Assembly: GCF_003231495.1 (NCBI RefSeq)
Contig: NZ_PQWO01000033.1
Span: 1-32,000 of the forward strand
Direction of reading: 5' to 3'
From: Acaryochloris thomasi RCC1774
Lineage (GTDB): Bacteria > Cyanobacteriota > Cyanobacteriia > Thermosynechococcales > Thermosynechococcaceae
DNA length: 32,000 bases
Position numbers and translations under genes: made by a program. The notes beneath the pieces were generated by a model, which was not told the origin of the DNA, made no database searches, and saw nothing but the letters and a program-made list of their open reading frames with translations. Positions 8,533 to 16,030 of this stretch are shown here, piece after piece (the first letter of the stretch is position 1; every line of letters starts with the position of its first letter).

Positions 8533-9861
8533 TCAAGTTTTCCAAAATTTAATAGGCAATCCATCTTTAGGGTATAGGAATGGTATGGAACCCATCTTAA
8601 TATTTCCGGTCTGCTCTAGCTTCCAATCATATTGACTTAGTAGGCAAATAGCGAAAATTTTCATTTCAAGGTTGGCAAACTCCTTACCTAAGCATTCCCT
8701 TACACCTCCTCCGTAAGGTATCCATGAATAACTCTGATCTATCTTCTTGTCAGAGCTTTTTGAAAAACGACTAGGATTGAACTGGGTATTATTTGGGTAA
8801 ACTTTCTTGTTGTCATGAGAAGCAGTAATTGAATAAGAAACATACCAACCTTTTGGAAGCCGGTATCCACTAAATTCACAGTCCTGAACCACTTTTCTAG
8901 ATGCTCCACCGACAGGAGGGTTTATTCTAAGTACTTCTTTTAATACCTGTCCTAAATAAACAGCGCTCTTCAGAGAATCATAGTCTATATTTTCATTAAG
9001 CTTAAGTCGATATATCTCTTCTCTGCATTTCAACTTTGTTGCTTCATCACGGCCAAGTAGCATGCAAAATGAAGATAGAGAAGAGGATAGCGTACCATGA
9101 CCAGCCAAGAGAATCGTTAAGATCTGATGCTTCACTTCATCAATCTTCAGGGGGTTTCCAGATTCGTCTATGCTCGACAGTAAGATATCTAAAATGTCGT
9201 TCATATTCGATGGCCCATTATCCATCCTAGATTTTATTATTTTTTCTATTAATGCAAGTGATTCCTTCATACTATTCAATCCCTTATAATAGCTGCTTCC
9301 AGGGATCATGATTGGAAGAGAAAAAACGCCTTTTTCCCAGACAGAGAATCTTTTCTTTAAGTCAGTACTGGATGCGCTATCGATACCAATAAGTAGCTTT
9401 GAAGCAACGTCAAATGTATAGCTGTCAAGCTGATCATATAACCTAAAACTCTTTTTGTTTTCCCATTCTTTGAGATATTTATTAGTGATTTTAGTTATGC
9501 CAAAAGTATATTTTCTCAATGCCCGTGGCTTGAAAGCATCTGCCAATATTTTTCTTCGGCTTTGATGAATATTTCCCGACTGAATAGCAACCACATCTTC
9601 ACCAAAAAGCCTTCTTATACTACTAGGTAAATAGCTCTCAAAGTACTTGTTCTCATTAGATAGTATAAACTTGTTCGCTTCTTCTCCAATCATTATTACT
9701 TGTGGCGCATCATAACCTATATACTTGATCCTGAATATAGGTCCATATTTTTTTATCTTATTTGCAATAAGATTAGGATCAAATAACAGTCTGAGCGTGT
9801 CACCAATAATAGGAAGTCCATCGTCACCAGGAGGGAGAGGTAAAATGCCTGTCGCCATCAT
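8533..9861 (-). CDS. Cytochrome P450, CYP120-like (similar in my memory to Synechocystis CYP120A1/slr0574)
   Basis: 442 aa. Haem-binding loop YGGGVRECLGKEFANLEMKIF (FxxGxRxCxG). N-terminus LPLPPGDDGLPIIGDTLRLL. I-helix LLAGHGTLSSSLSSFC. PPVGG and LPKGW segments are collinear with CYP120A1 as I recall it. The gene is visibly AT-rich relative to the 19-28 kb region. Confidence 0.9.
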   Translation of the reverse strand: MMATGILPLPPGDDGLPIIGDTLRLLFDPNLIANKIKKYGPIFRIKYIGYDAPQVIMIGEEANKFILSNENKYFESYLPSSIRRLFGEDVVAIQSGNIHQSRRKILADAFKPRALRKYTFGITKITNKYLKEWENKKSFRLYDQLDSYTFDVASKLLIGIDSASSTDLKKRFSVWEKGVFSLPIMIPGSSYYKGLNSMKESLALIEKIIKSRMDNGPSNMNDILDILLSSIDESGNPLKIDEVKHQILTILLAGHGTLSSSLSSFCMLLGRDEATKLKCREEIYRLKLNENIDYDSLKSAVYLGQVLKEVLRINPPVGGASRKVVQDCEFSGYRLPKGWYVSYSITASHDNKKVYPNNTQFNPSRFSKSSDKKIDQSYSWIPYGGGVRECLGKEFANLEMKIFAICLLSQYDWKLEQTGNIKMGSIPFLYPKDGLPIKFWKT

Positions 9862-9908
9862 ATTTTATATATTTCATCAAAGAATATATTAACTAATTTT
9901 GAAAAAGA

Positions 9909-9937
9909 AAGATATGTACTGAATAATGAATGTTCAA
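9909..9937 (-). promoter_or_regulatory. Candidate sigma-70-type promoter for the P450/TPS/CHAT gene string
   Basis: Minus strand reads TTGAAC (9937..9932), a 17-nt spacer, then TATCTT (9914..9909). It sits in the 81-nt AT-rich gap between the kinase stop and the P450 ATG (9861). Pattern match only. Confidence 0.25.
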
Positions 9938-9942
9938 TCTAG

Positions 9943-11619
9943 TCACCTAATCGACCTGAGGTAATCCTCTCTCCATTTCTTTACTTCGGGCTGATCATAG
10001 TTCAAGGTTAGACATTGAGATCCGTTATCGCTACTGTCTTTCCCTTTCGTATTTAGAATCTGCGTCAACAGACAGTGAGCAGCAGTGTTGTTAGAATTTA
10101 GTGCGATAGATTTACTCAATGCCTTTTCTGACAAATCCAAGCTCCCCTGCTGTAGTAGCGCCCATCCTAGGTTCTTCTGTAAGTTTGATTCTGTTTCAGA
10201 CGAATTTGAATGCGTCAGTGCTATGCGTGTAAGCTCTGTGGCTTTTTTGGCCTTCCCCTCCAGTATTTCTATACGAGATAAATTGTTGTAAGCCTCCGTT
10301 GATTCATTGGGTGCAAGTGCGATCGCACTTGCATAAGCTAAAGCAGCGTCTTTTCTTTCCTCTCGCAGATCATAGAATACTCCAAGTTCAAACCAACGTT
10401 CCCATGTGGGATCAAGACGAATGGATTCTCGATATGCCTTAATGCTGCAGTCATAATCCTTTAATTCGGTACAAACCTCTGCAAGCTCTTCTATGGTGTC
10501 AGGGGCATGCACAAGCTTAATGCTGTTTTCCAATGCATCACGAGCTTTTGTCAATTCCCCTCTTTCTTCAAGTATCTGTGCATTTGCGGAATGCCAAGCA
10601 GCGACGACACGACGGCCAGCTCGATATAAGCCGAATGAGGCCATAGCGATCGCAAGGGCAACAGGAATCATCCAGATCTTGATCTTCAACTTTGGTTCAA
10701 TGTTGGGTCTATGAAGCAGTCTTTCAGTAGATTCCAGTACCTCATTTGTATTGGTAGGGCGATCTCCAGGTGCCAGAGCCGTCATTCGATCCAGCAGGTT
10801 TGCTAGCCTCGGATCGAGCTTTTTGGCGTGTTCTCTCCAGAGTAATTGGCCTGTCTTTTCATCAATCGGCAACTCAAACGGTTCCCGACCCGTTAATAAG
10901 TAAATCACTGTTCGTCCAAGGGCAAAGATATCCGACTGCGGAATAGCACTTCCGCTTTCTTGTTCTGGAGGTGTATATCCACTGCTGGATAGCCTAGTTA
11001 CATCGCCTGATGCAACTTTAGCAAGATAGGTATGGCTTATAGATGATCGTACGCCACCAAAATCAATCAAGGCAAGCTGTCCATCTTCCTTCAAGATAAT
11101 ATTTGACGGTTTTATATCTCTGTGAAACAGTTTGTGTTGGTGAATGTAATGAAGAACTGTGGATAGTTGCTTGAGATAGTCGAGTCCTAAAGCTGATGGG
11201 ATAGGTCGTTTGCTATCGAGCTGCTTCTGCAATGTTTCGCCCGGTATTTTCTCCATCGCAAATCCATAGACCTTGTATTTACCGGGCAAATTCACTATGA
11301 ACTGATCACTAACCAAGAGCTTAGGGATTGCTGGATGAGAGAAGGATCGAAGTGCTGAGACTTCGCGCTCGAACATACTGAAATATGGCTCATCATCCCG
11401 AAATAGAGTTTTAACGACCTTAATTTCTCCACTATCACATTGAGCTTCAAAAACTTCAGTAGGTCTCGGCACTGACAATTCAGTAAGAGAGGCAATAAGT
11501 TTGTATCGACTGTTTATCTTCAGTGGGGAACCACATGATTGACAATGCTCTGCTTCAAAAAAGTTTTCTCGACGTTCACAGGATGGATTGACACAGAAGC
11601 AGGTAGCTGGATTCGTCAT
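9943..11619 (-). CDS. Ser/Thr protein kinase with N-terminal 4-Cys zinc ribbon, one TM helix and C-terminal TPR repeats
   Basis: N-terminus CFCVNPSCERRENFFEAEHCQSCGSPL (4-Cys prefix type). Kinase motifs: IKVVKTL (Lys), HRDIKPSNIIL, IDFGGVR, GYTPPEQ. TM helix: IWMIPVALAIAMASFGLY. TPR-like repeats follow (AEVCTELKDYDCSIKAYRESIRLDP, FELGVFYDLREERKDAALAYASAIALAP, and others). The start ATG overlaps the upstream stop as ATGA. Confidence 0.85.
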   Translation of the reverse strand: MTNPATCFCVNPSCERRENFFEAEHCQSCGSPLKINSRYKLIASLTELSVPRPTEVFEAQCDSGEIKVVKTLFRDDEPYFSMFEREVSALRSFSHPAIPKLLVSDQFIVNLPGKYKVYGFAMEKIPGETLQKQLDSKRPIPSALGLDYLKQLSTVLHYIHQHKLFHRDIKPSNIILKEDGQLALIDFGGVRSSISHTYLAKVASGDVTRLSSSGYTPPEQESGSAIPQSDIFALGRTVIYLLTGREPFELPIDEKTGQLLWREHAKKLDPRLANLLDRMTALAPGDRPTNTNEVLESTERLLHRPNIEPKLKIKIWMIPVALAIAMASFGLYRAGRRVVAAWHSANAQILEERGELTKARDALENSIKLVHAPDTIEELAEVCTELKDYDCSIKAYRESIRLDPTWERWFELGVFYDLREERKDAALAYASAIALAPNESTEAYNNLSRIEILEGKAKKATELTRIALTHSNSSETESNLQKNLGWALLQQGSLDLSEKALSKSIALNSNNTAAHCLLTQILNTKGKDSSDNGSQCLTLNYDQPEVKKWREDYLRSIR

Positions 11620-13013
11620 GCAACTGATTGAACCTTTTGCCCAACAAAGCCTTGAGGGTCTTGTTCAATGTACTTTCTAATGACTGAGCTGAGTCTAAAC
11701 TTGCTTTTCCTCTCTACCTTGGTCTCCTCGATAAGAGAACGGTTGACTAGAGAACTAACTGTACGAAGCAAGCCATCTGTAGAGCGGAACAGGCTGTGAC
11801 TTTCAATGTTCTGTAAGATTTCTTCGTAGCTCACTGAATCGTGCTCTTTCATCAAATCTGCCAGTATCTTCATCGCAAAGCACTCAAATTCTGACATTGA
11901 GCTGGATGGCGAAAACTCATGATTTAAAGTTAGCAAGAGCGGATCAGCAATTATCGTCGATTGAACTCTTAGAAAATCTGCTGTACTCCCTCCGTAGATT
12001 GTTCTAACCCTTTTCGCTATGACCTTTAACATCAAAGGGTTGCCATGATATTTATTAATAAGTGCGGGCCAACAATGTCTGTCTTTCAAGCTCTGCTCTT
12101 CAAAAATAGTTTCAGCATCATCTTGAGCTAAACCTTCTAAACGAATAATCTCAGCAGCATTTCCTGATTCATGAAGGTCTGACCAGTCAAGGAATCGGGT
12201 ACGACTGGTAACAATTAAAGAACTATTACCCTGATCGTTGACAAGTCGTCTGAAGAAAGGGCCATAGTCTGTATAAGGCTCACTGTAATAGTCCCAAGCC
12301 GATTGTTGTTGATCCTGTTGCAGAATCTCAGCACCATCAAGAACCAATAAACAGCGATGCTTTCTGAAAAAACGAATGAGTAAGTTTTGCAATTTGTTGA
12401 CGCTGCTACCTGTTCCAAAAGGTATGCCTAGCATATCAGCTAGGTCTGCAAGGAGTTCATCAAGTAAAGGGCCGTAGCGAATCGATTTCCAAATGCAGAT
12501 CTCAATTGATTCGTTTGTCTTTGACATAACTCGTTCAACAATACGAGCAGCCAGAGCTGTTTTCCCAATGCCCTGAGGGCCATCAATAAAAATATTTCTG
12601 TGATCCCGAAGAAGTCTAATACAGTGCTGAACTTGGCTGCGATAACCAACGAAGTTTCCAGTATCAGGAGGAACACCGAAAAGTATAGGAACAGAGTCAG
12701 GATTTGCTGAATTCGCTTGAATCTGTTCTGTAAGGGAAGTATCCTGAAGCATATTTTCTAAGACAGTTTTCAGATGCGTTTTTGTAACACGACATCCAAA
12801 CTCTTTTGATAGAAGCTTCCAGACCCCTGGCCCAGCTCTGCAGCTGATGTAGTTTGGGCTGAAGTTTTCTCTATAAAGCTTTATCGCTTCCTCGTACCCT
12901 ATTTTTTCCCAGGCAGCCAACACAGCAATTCTCTCTCCAGGTGTCAGCTCCTTACCGCGCCTTGCTTGAGAGATTTTGTTTATGGAAGTAAGGGCTTGCT
13001 CCAGATTCATCAA
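11616..13013 (-). CDS. NB-ARC (Apaf-1/R-protein type) STAND NTPase, NOD module only, with an N-terminal HTH-like domain
   Basis: Walker A GPQGIGKTALA. Walker B CLLVLDGAE. GxP/GLPLA-like motif YHGNPLMLKVIAKRV. Winged-helix-like tail SLVNRSLIEE. N-terminus LTPGERIAVLAAWEKIGYEEAIK...GVWKLLSKEFGCRVTKTHLKTVLE resembles the sigma-r4/LuxR-like HTH module seen on many cyanobacterial STAND proteins (from memory). There is no C-terminal repeat array. Confidence 0.8.
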   Translation of the reverse strand: MMNLEQALTSINKISQARRGKELTPGERIAVLAAWEKIGYEEAIKLYRENFSPNYISCRAGPGVWKLLSKEFGCRVTKTHLKTVLENMLQDTSLTEQIQANSANPDSVPILFGVPPDTGNFVGYRSQVQHCIRLLRDHRNIFIDGPQGIGKTALAARIVERVMSKTNESIEICIWKSIRYGPLLDELLADLADMLGIPFGTGSSVNKLQNLLIRFFRKHRCLLVLDGAEILQQDQQQSAWDYYSEPYTDYGPFFRRLVNDQGNSSLIVTSRTRFLDWSDLHESGNAAEIIRLEGLAQDDAETIFEEQSLKDRHCWPALINKYHGNPLMLKVIAKRVRTIYGGSTADFLRVQSTIIADPLLLTLNHEFSPSSSMSEFECFAMKILADLMKEHDSVSYEEILQNIESHSLFRSTDGLLRTVSSLVNRSLIEETKVERKSKFRLSSVIRKYIEQDPQGFVGQKVQSVA

Positions 13014-13131
13014 CCCTCCAGTCCTGCAACAGGATAAACGTCACAACATCCGTAAAACTGAATTCTAACCTTAAAACATACATTTAGAGTATGGCACTAT
13101 CGGCGAAAAGCATAGCCTTGGTCCCCAATAT

Positions 13132-13160
13132 TTGTGATGATCACATGCTCATGCTATAAA
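13132..13160 (+). promoter_or_regulatory. Candidate promoter (TTGTGA-17 nt-TATAAA) with an overlapping 13-bp palindrome TGTGATgATCACA (13133..13145)
   Basis: Read directly: -35 at 13132..13137, -10 at 13155..13160, about 24 nt upstream of the first ParB-like ORF start (GTG 13184). The palindrome overlaps the -35, an operator-like arrangement. Confidence 0.3.
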
Positions 13161-13183
13161 ACATACAAACTAACATTGCTTGG

Positions 13184-13813
13184 GTGTTGGTTTTGTCGGT
13201 GACTGAAAAATTAACCAAATTTCACCTCAAAGCTATGGAAATGAATAGCCTTCCCTTATGTATCTGGAAAGATAAAGATTTAAAGCTGTCTGATATCCAG
13301 GTATCTGAGCAGGTGCAGAGTCGCTCAGAAATTTGTCGGCAGACTGTCAGTACTTATGCTGCAAAGATAAATGAGGGAGAAATGGCACCTGTGCTTGTTT
13401 TTTGTGATGGGTTTCGATACTGGCTTGTAGATGGTTTTCATCGATACCAAGCAGCGAAATTGGTGAATCACACTAAGATTTCTTGCAGAGTTGCGTATGG
13501 TAGTAAGCGTGATGCGATTCTATATGCCATAGCTGCTAATATTGACAACGGCTTTAAGCGAGCAAATGCTGATAAGCGCAACGGTGTTGAGACTCTTCTC
13601 AGTGACTCTGAGTGGAGCCAGTGGAGTAATCATGAGATTGCAAGAAGATGCGGGGTTAGTCACACGTATGTGCGGAAGCTGAGATTGAAGCTTCAAGAAT
13701 CAAATGAGATTAATCCACTTATACAAACTCGGCAGTCTGTGAACAGAATTGCTTTCCGTAATGGACGTGAATATCCAATAGATGTCTCAAATATCGGGCA
13801 ACTAGACAGATAG
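13184..13813 (+). CDS. ParB/Sulfiredoxin N-terminal-domain protein with HTH (ParB-like 1)
   Basis: 209 aa. YWLVDGFHRYQAAK (ParB/Srx DGxHR box), RDAILYAIAANIDNGFKRANADKR, HTH SNHEIARRCGVSHTYVRKLR. The start is uncertain (GTG 13184, or ATG 13235). Confidence 0.7.
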   Translation: MLVLSVTEKLTKFHLKAMEMNSLPLCIWKDKDLKLSDIQVSEQVQSRSEICRQTVSTYAAKINEGEMAPVLVFCDGFRYWLVDGFHRYQAAKLVNHTKISCRVAYGSKRDAILYAIAANIDNGFKRANADKRNGVETLLSDSEWSQWSNHEIARRCGVSHTYVRKLRLKLQESNEINPLIQTRQSVNRIAFRNGREYPIDVSNIGQLDR

Positions 13814-13838
13814 CCTTCCACTCATTGTTATTTAGAGA

Positions 13839-13880
13839 GGTGACGCATTGCTTCGTAGGAAGCAATGCGTCACCAATTTT
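13839..13880 (+). terminator. Rho-independent terminator candidate after ParB-like 1
   Basis: Perfect 16-bp stem GGTGACGCATTGCTTC (13839..13854) / GAAGCAATGCGTCACC (13859..13874). The loop is GTAG, followed by AATTTTC. It begins 26 nt after the stop codon. Confidence 0.55.
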
Positions 13881-13927
13881 CGATCTCGTGGGGAGCAAAT
13901 CGGTTCAGCTTTACATCAGGTGATTAA

Positions 13928-13973
13928 GCTATCTAGAAACGCTATCTAGAAACGTTTCTAGATAGCGTTTCTG
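13928..13973. repeat. 13-bp motif GCTATCTAGAAAC as two direct copies plus one inverted copy (26-bp perfect palindrome 13941..13966) plus a partial fourth copy; candidate parS-like or operator site
   Basis: Read directly. Direct copies at 13928..13940 and 13941..13953; inverted copy GTTTCTAGATAGC at 13954..13966; then GTTTCTG at 13967..13973. A TTGACT hexamer follows at 13981..13986. The array lies between the two ParB-like genes. Confidence 0.6.
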
Positions 13974-14072
13974 CGGAGTCTTGACTTAAGCCTCTGAAGC
14001 CATTGTGTTGAGTGCGTTTGTCACTTTGGGAAATAGCGTATTATCCGATAGTGGTCATACGTTTAAGGTCTC

Positions 14073-15173
14073 ATGGCAATCAACAAATCTCTGAAAAAGC
14101 AAAGCAGCCCCAGTCGTCATAAGACAGTAGAAGATGTAGAAATTCAGAAAATCCGTAGGGATGGGGGAACACAGCCCCGCGCGCGTCTAGATGAAGGAAC
14201 TGTACATTCATATGCCGAAAGCATATCAGATGGAGACGAATTTCCACCTATTACCCTGTTCTATGACGGTGAAAGCTATTGGCTAGCAGATGGCTTTCAT
14301 CGTGTTCAGGCACATATAGAGGCTTGTAAGGAAACCATTGCCGCTGAGGTTAGGTCCGGTACCAGGAGGGATGCAGTTCTCTATTGTGTTGGAGCTAATG
14401 CGACGCATGGCCTTAGACGATCAAATGCTGATAAGCGACGCGCAGTAGAGACATTGCTAAATGATCCAGAGTGGCACAAGTGGAGCAACAACGAGATTGC
14501 TTCTCGTAGTAATGTGAGCCACACGTTTGTCCGAAATGTGCGAGATGAAATGTCTAATGAGGGGTCTGCTTCAAGTCTAGAGGATCTTGATGCCGCGCCT
14601 GAATCTCGTTTTGCAAGAAGAGGAGGTACAACTTACACCGTTCAAACTAAGAGAATCGGTCAGTCTGCTGGTACTCCTTTAGGTCGCCAAAGAAAGAAAA
14701 AAAAGCCCATAGTTGAACCTGAGCCTGAGCCTGTTCTAAATAAGCTTAAAAAGGTTGCCAGTGGAGAAATCTGGTCGCTAGGCAAACACCACAAACTTTA
14801 TTGTGGTAGTCATTCGTCTCAAAAATTCCAATCCTTGCTACCAAATGAAATTGCTTTACTTCTTGTGTTCCCTTCAGAGCCAACCGAATGGCTACCCAGA
14901 ATGCCACAACAAGCTAAAAGTGCATTGATGTGGTATACCCCATACGGTGAGGATATGCACCTTGAAACCTTGCGGAACGTTGTATCCAATTGTGTCACTG
15001 CTTCTACCGATGCAGATGATAATGTCATAGTTCTAAATCTACCTGACCCTTCATTATTTCTGCTCTTTGATGAATTGCAGTGCAAGTGTTATTGCGCTGA
15101 GCCTAATCCACAACGCTGCACCGATGCAATCACTGCCTGGAGCGTTACTCAGCAATCTGTCCAGAAGCGTTGA
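14073..15173 (+). CDS. ParB/Srx-HTH protein (ParB-like 2) fused to a short, degenerate N6/N4 DNA-methyltransferase-like C-terminal region
   Basis: 366 aa. The N-terminal ~170 aa are paralogous to ParB-like 1: YWLADGFHRVQAH, RDAVLYCVGANATHGLRRSNADKRRAVETLLNDPEWHKWSNNEIASRSNVSHTFVRNVR. Linker: KKKKPIVEPEPEP. The C-terminus GEIWSLGKHHKLYCGSHSS...IALLLVFPSEPTEW aligns by eye to the ParB-methylase consensus GD.W.LG.HRLLCGDS...DLV.TDPPY, with DPPY replaced by SEPT. Only ~135 aa follow. Confidence 0.65.
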   Translation: MAINKSLKKQSSPSRHKTVEDVEIQKIRRDGGTQPRARLDEGTVHSYAESISDGDEFPPITLFYDGESYWLADGFHRVQAHIEACKETIAAEVRSGTRRDAVLYCVGANATHGLRRSNADKRRAVETLLNDPEWHKWSNNEIASRSNVSHTFVRNVRDEMSNEGSASSLEDLDAAPESRFARRGGTTYTVQTKRIGQSAGTPLGRQRKKKKPIVEPEPEPVLNKLKKVASGEIWSLGKHHKLYCGSHSSQKFQSLLPNEIALLLVFPSEPTEWLPRMPQQAKSALMWYTPYGEDMHLETLRNVVSNCVTASTDADDNVIVLNLPDPSLFLLFDELQCKCYCAEPNPQRCTDAITAWSVTQQSVQKR

Positions 15174-15299
15174 ACGCCTAAATCTCAACCGCGACAACTG
15201 AGATTAATCAATAAAAGTGCATAATTAGCCGATTATCGTCTACATCCCAAAGGCAAGAAGGAGTAGATCTCCAGGTGCATATGCTGTGGAGGTCTATGA

Positions 15300-15548
15300 T
15301 TGGATTCAAATATTTGCGGCCCTAGAATTAAGTCAATACGGCAGCTCAAGATGACACAAGCTGAACTCTCTGCTGCTCTCGAAGTAGATTATGGAATTTA
15401 CCTCAGCCAATCTGACATCTCCGAGATAGAACGCCAAGAGCGTGGCCTCAAAGACTATGAGCTAGATGCAATCTCAACCATCCTGGACGTATCACCCATG
15501 TTTCTGCTCAGGAATGAACTGGGAGATGATTTTTATGTTGATGAATAA
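15300..15548 (+). CDS. XRE-family helix-turn-helix transcriptional regulator
   Basis: 82 aa. GPRIKSIRQLKMTQAELSAALEVDYGIYLSQSDISEIERQER fits the HTH_3 pattern. The conserved helix 1 lies upstream of the first ATG, so the TTG at 15300 is the likely start. Confidence 0.75.
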   Translation: MDSNICGPRIKSIRQLKMTQAELSAALEVDYGIYLSQSDISEIERQERGLKDYELDAISTILDVSPMFLLRNELGDDFYVDE

Positions 15549-15746
15549 TATTTGATCATACCGAGATCCTTTGAAAATCTAGGGCTATCGTATTATGATC
15601 CCTGTAACGTCGCTTGAGAAACTGTCCGACGAACGCCTTCCAACTGTTTGACGCAGCTCCGTTTGGTTTTTGAATACCAGCCAGGGCAAAGTGTTAGGTA
15701 TTTGAAGCCCAGCTCAGGCAACAATCCACACATTCAATCCCTGTAT

Positions 15747-15762
15747 CCTTGATCGATCAAGG
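15747..15762. repeat. 16-bp perfect palindrome CCTTGATCGATCAAGG in the intergenic region upstream of the Rep-like gene
   Basis: Read directly from the sequence. Confidence 0.5.
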
Positions 15763-15967
15763 GTTTTAGGGTATTTTGGCTCTAATCACTCACGAACGGA
15801 GGCTTACAACATGAATTAATTGATATCCAAAGCAAAACCCCCAGCCGAAGCCGGGGAGTTGCTGTCGAATAACTTAATAGGGTTGGGGACCGAAACGCTT
15901 GGATTTGGCGATCTTCGTTTTTGGTCACCCGAGATGAGATGTTTTGATTCTATAAGCATCTTAGGGG

Positions 15968-15994
15968 TTTTTGCAACCTTTTTTTCTGCAAAAA
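15968..15994. repeat. AT-rich inverted repeat TTTTTGCA (N11) TGCAAAAA with a T7 tract in the spacer
   Basis: Read directly: arms at 15968..15975 and 15987..15994. Confidence 0.45.
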
Positions 15995-16030
15995 TTCTCT
16001 AACACCCTGTTGAGGTTTAAAAATCTTTAC

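Noticed and set aside
12215-12676. Two minus-strand ORFs inside the NB-ARC gene.
   Set aside because: They are out-of-frame shadows of a gene with strong NB-ARC motifs.
15181-15205. 7-bp inverted repeat AATCTCA...TGAGATT after ParB-like 2, considered as a terminator.
   Set aside because: The stem is short and AT-rich, the loop is 11 nt and no U-tract follows. It is too weak to call.
15820-16002. 60-aa plus-strand ORF in the intergenic region upstream of the Rep-like gene.
   Set aside because: It has a non-ATG start and no SD, and it spans the inverted repeats. The region is better explained as regulatory or origin DNA.
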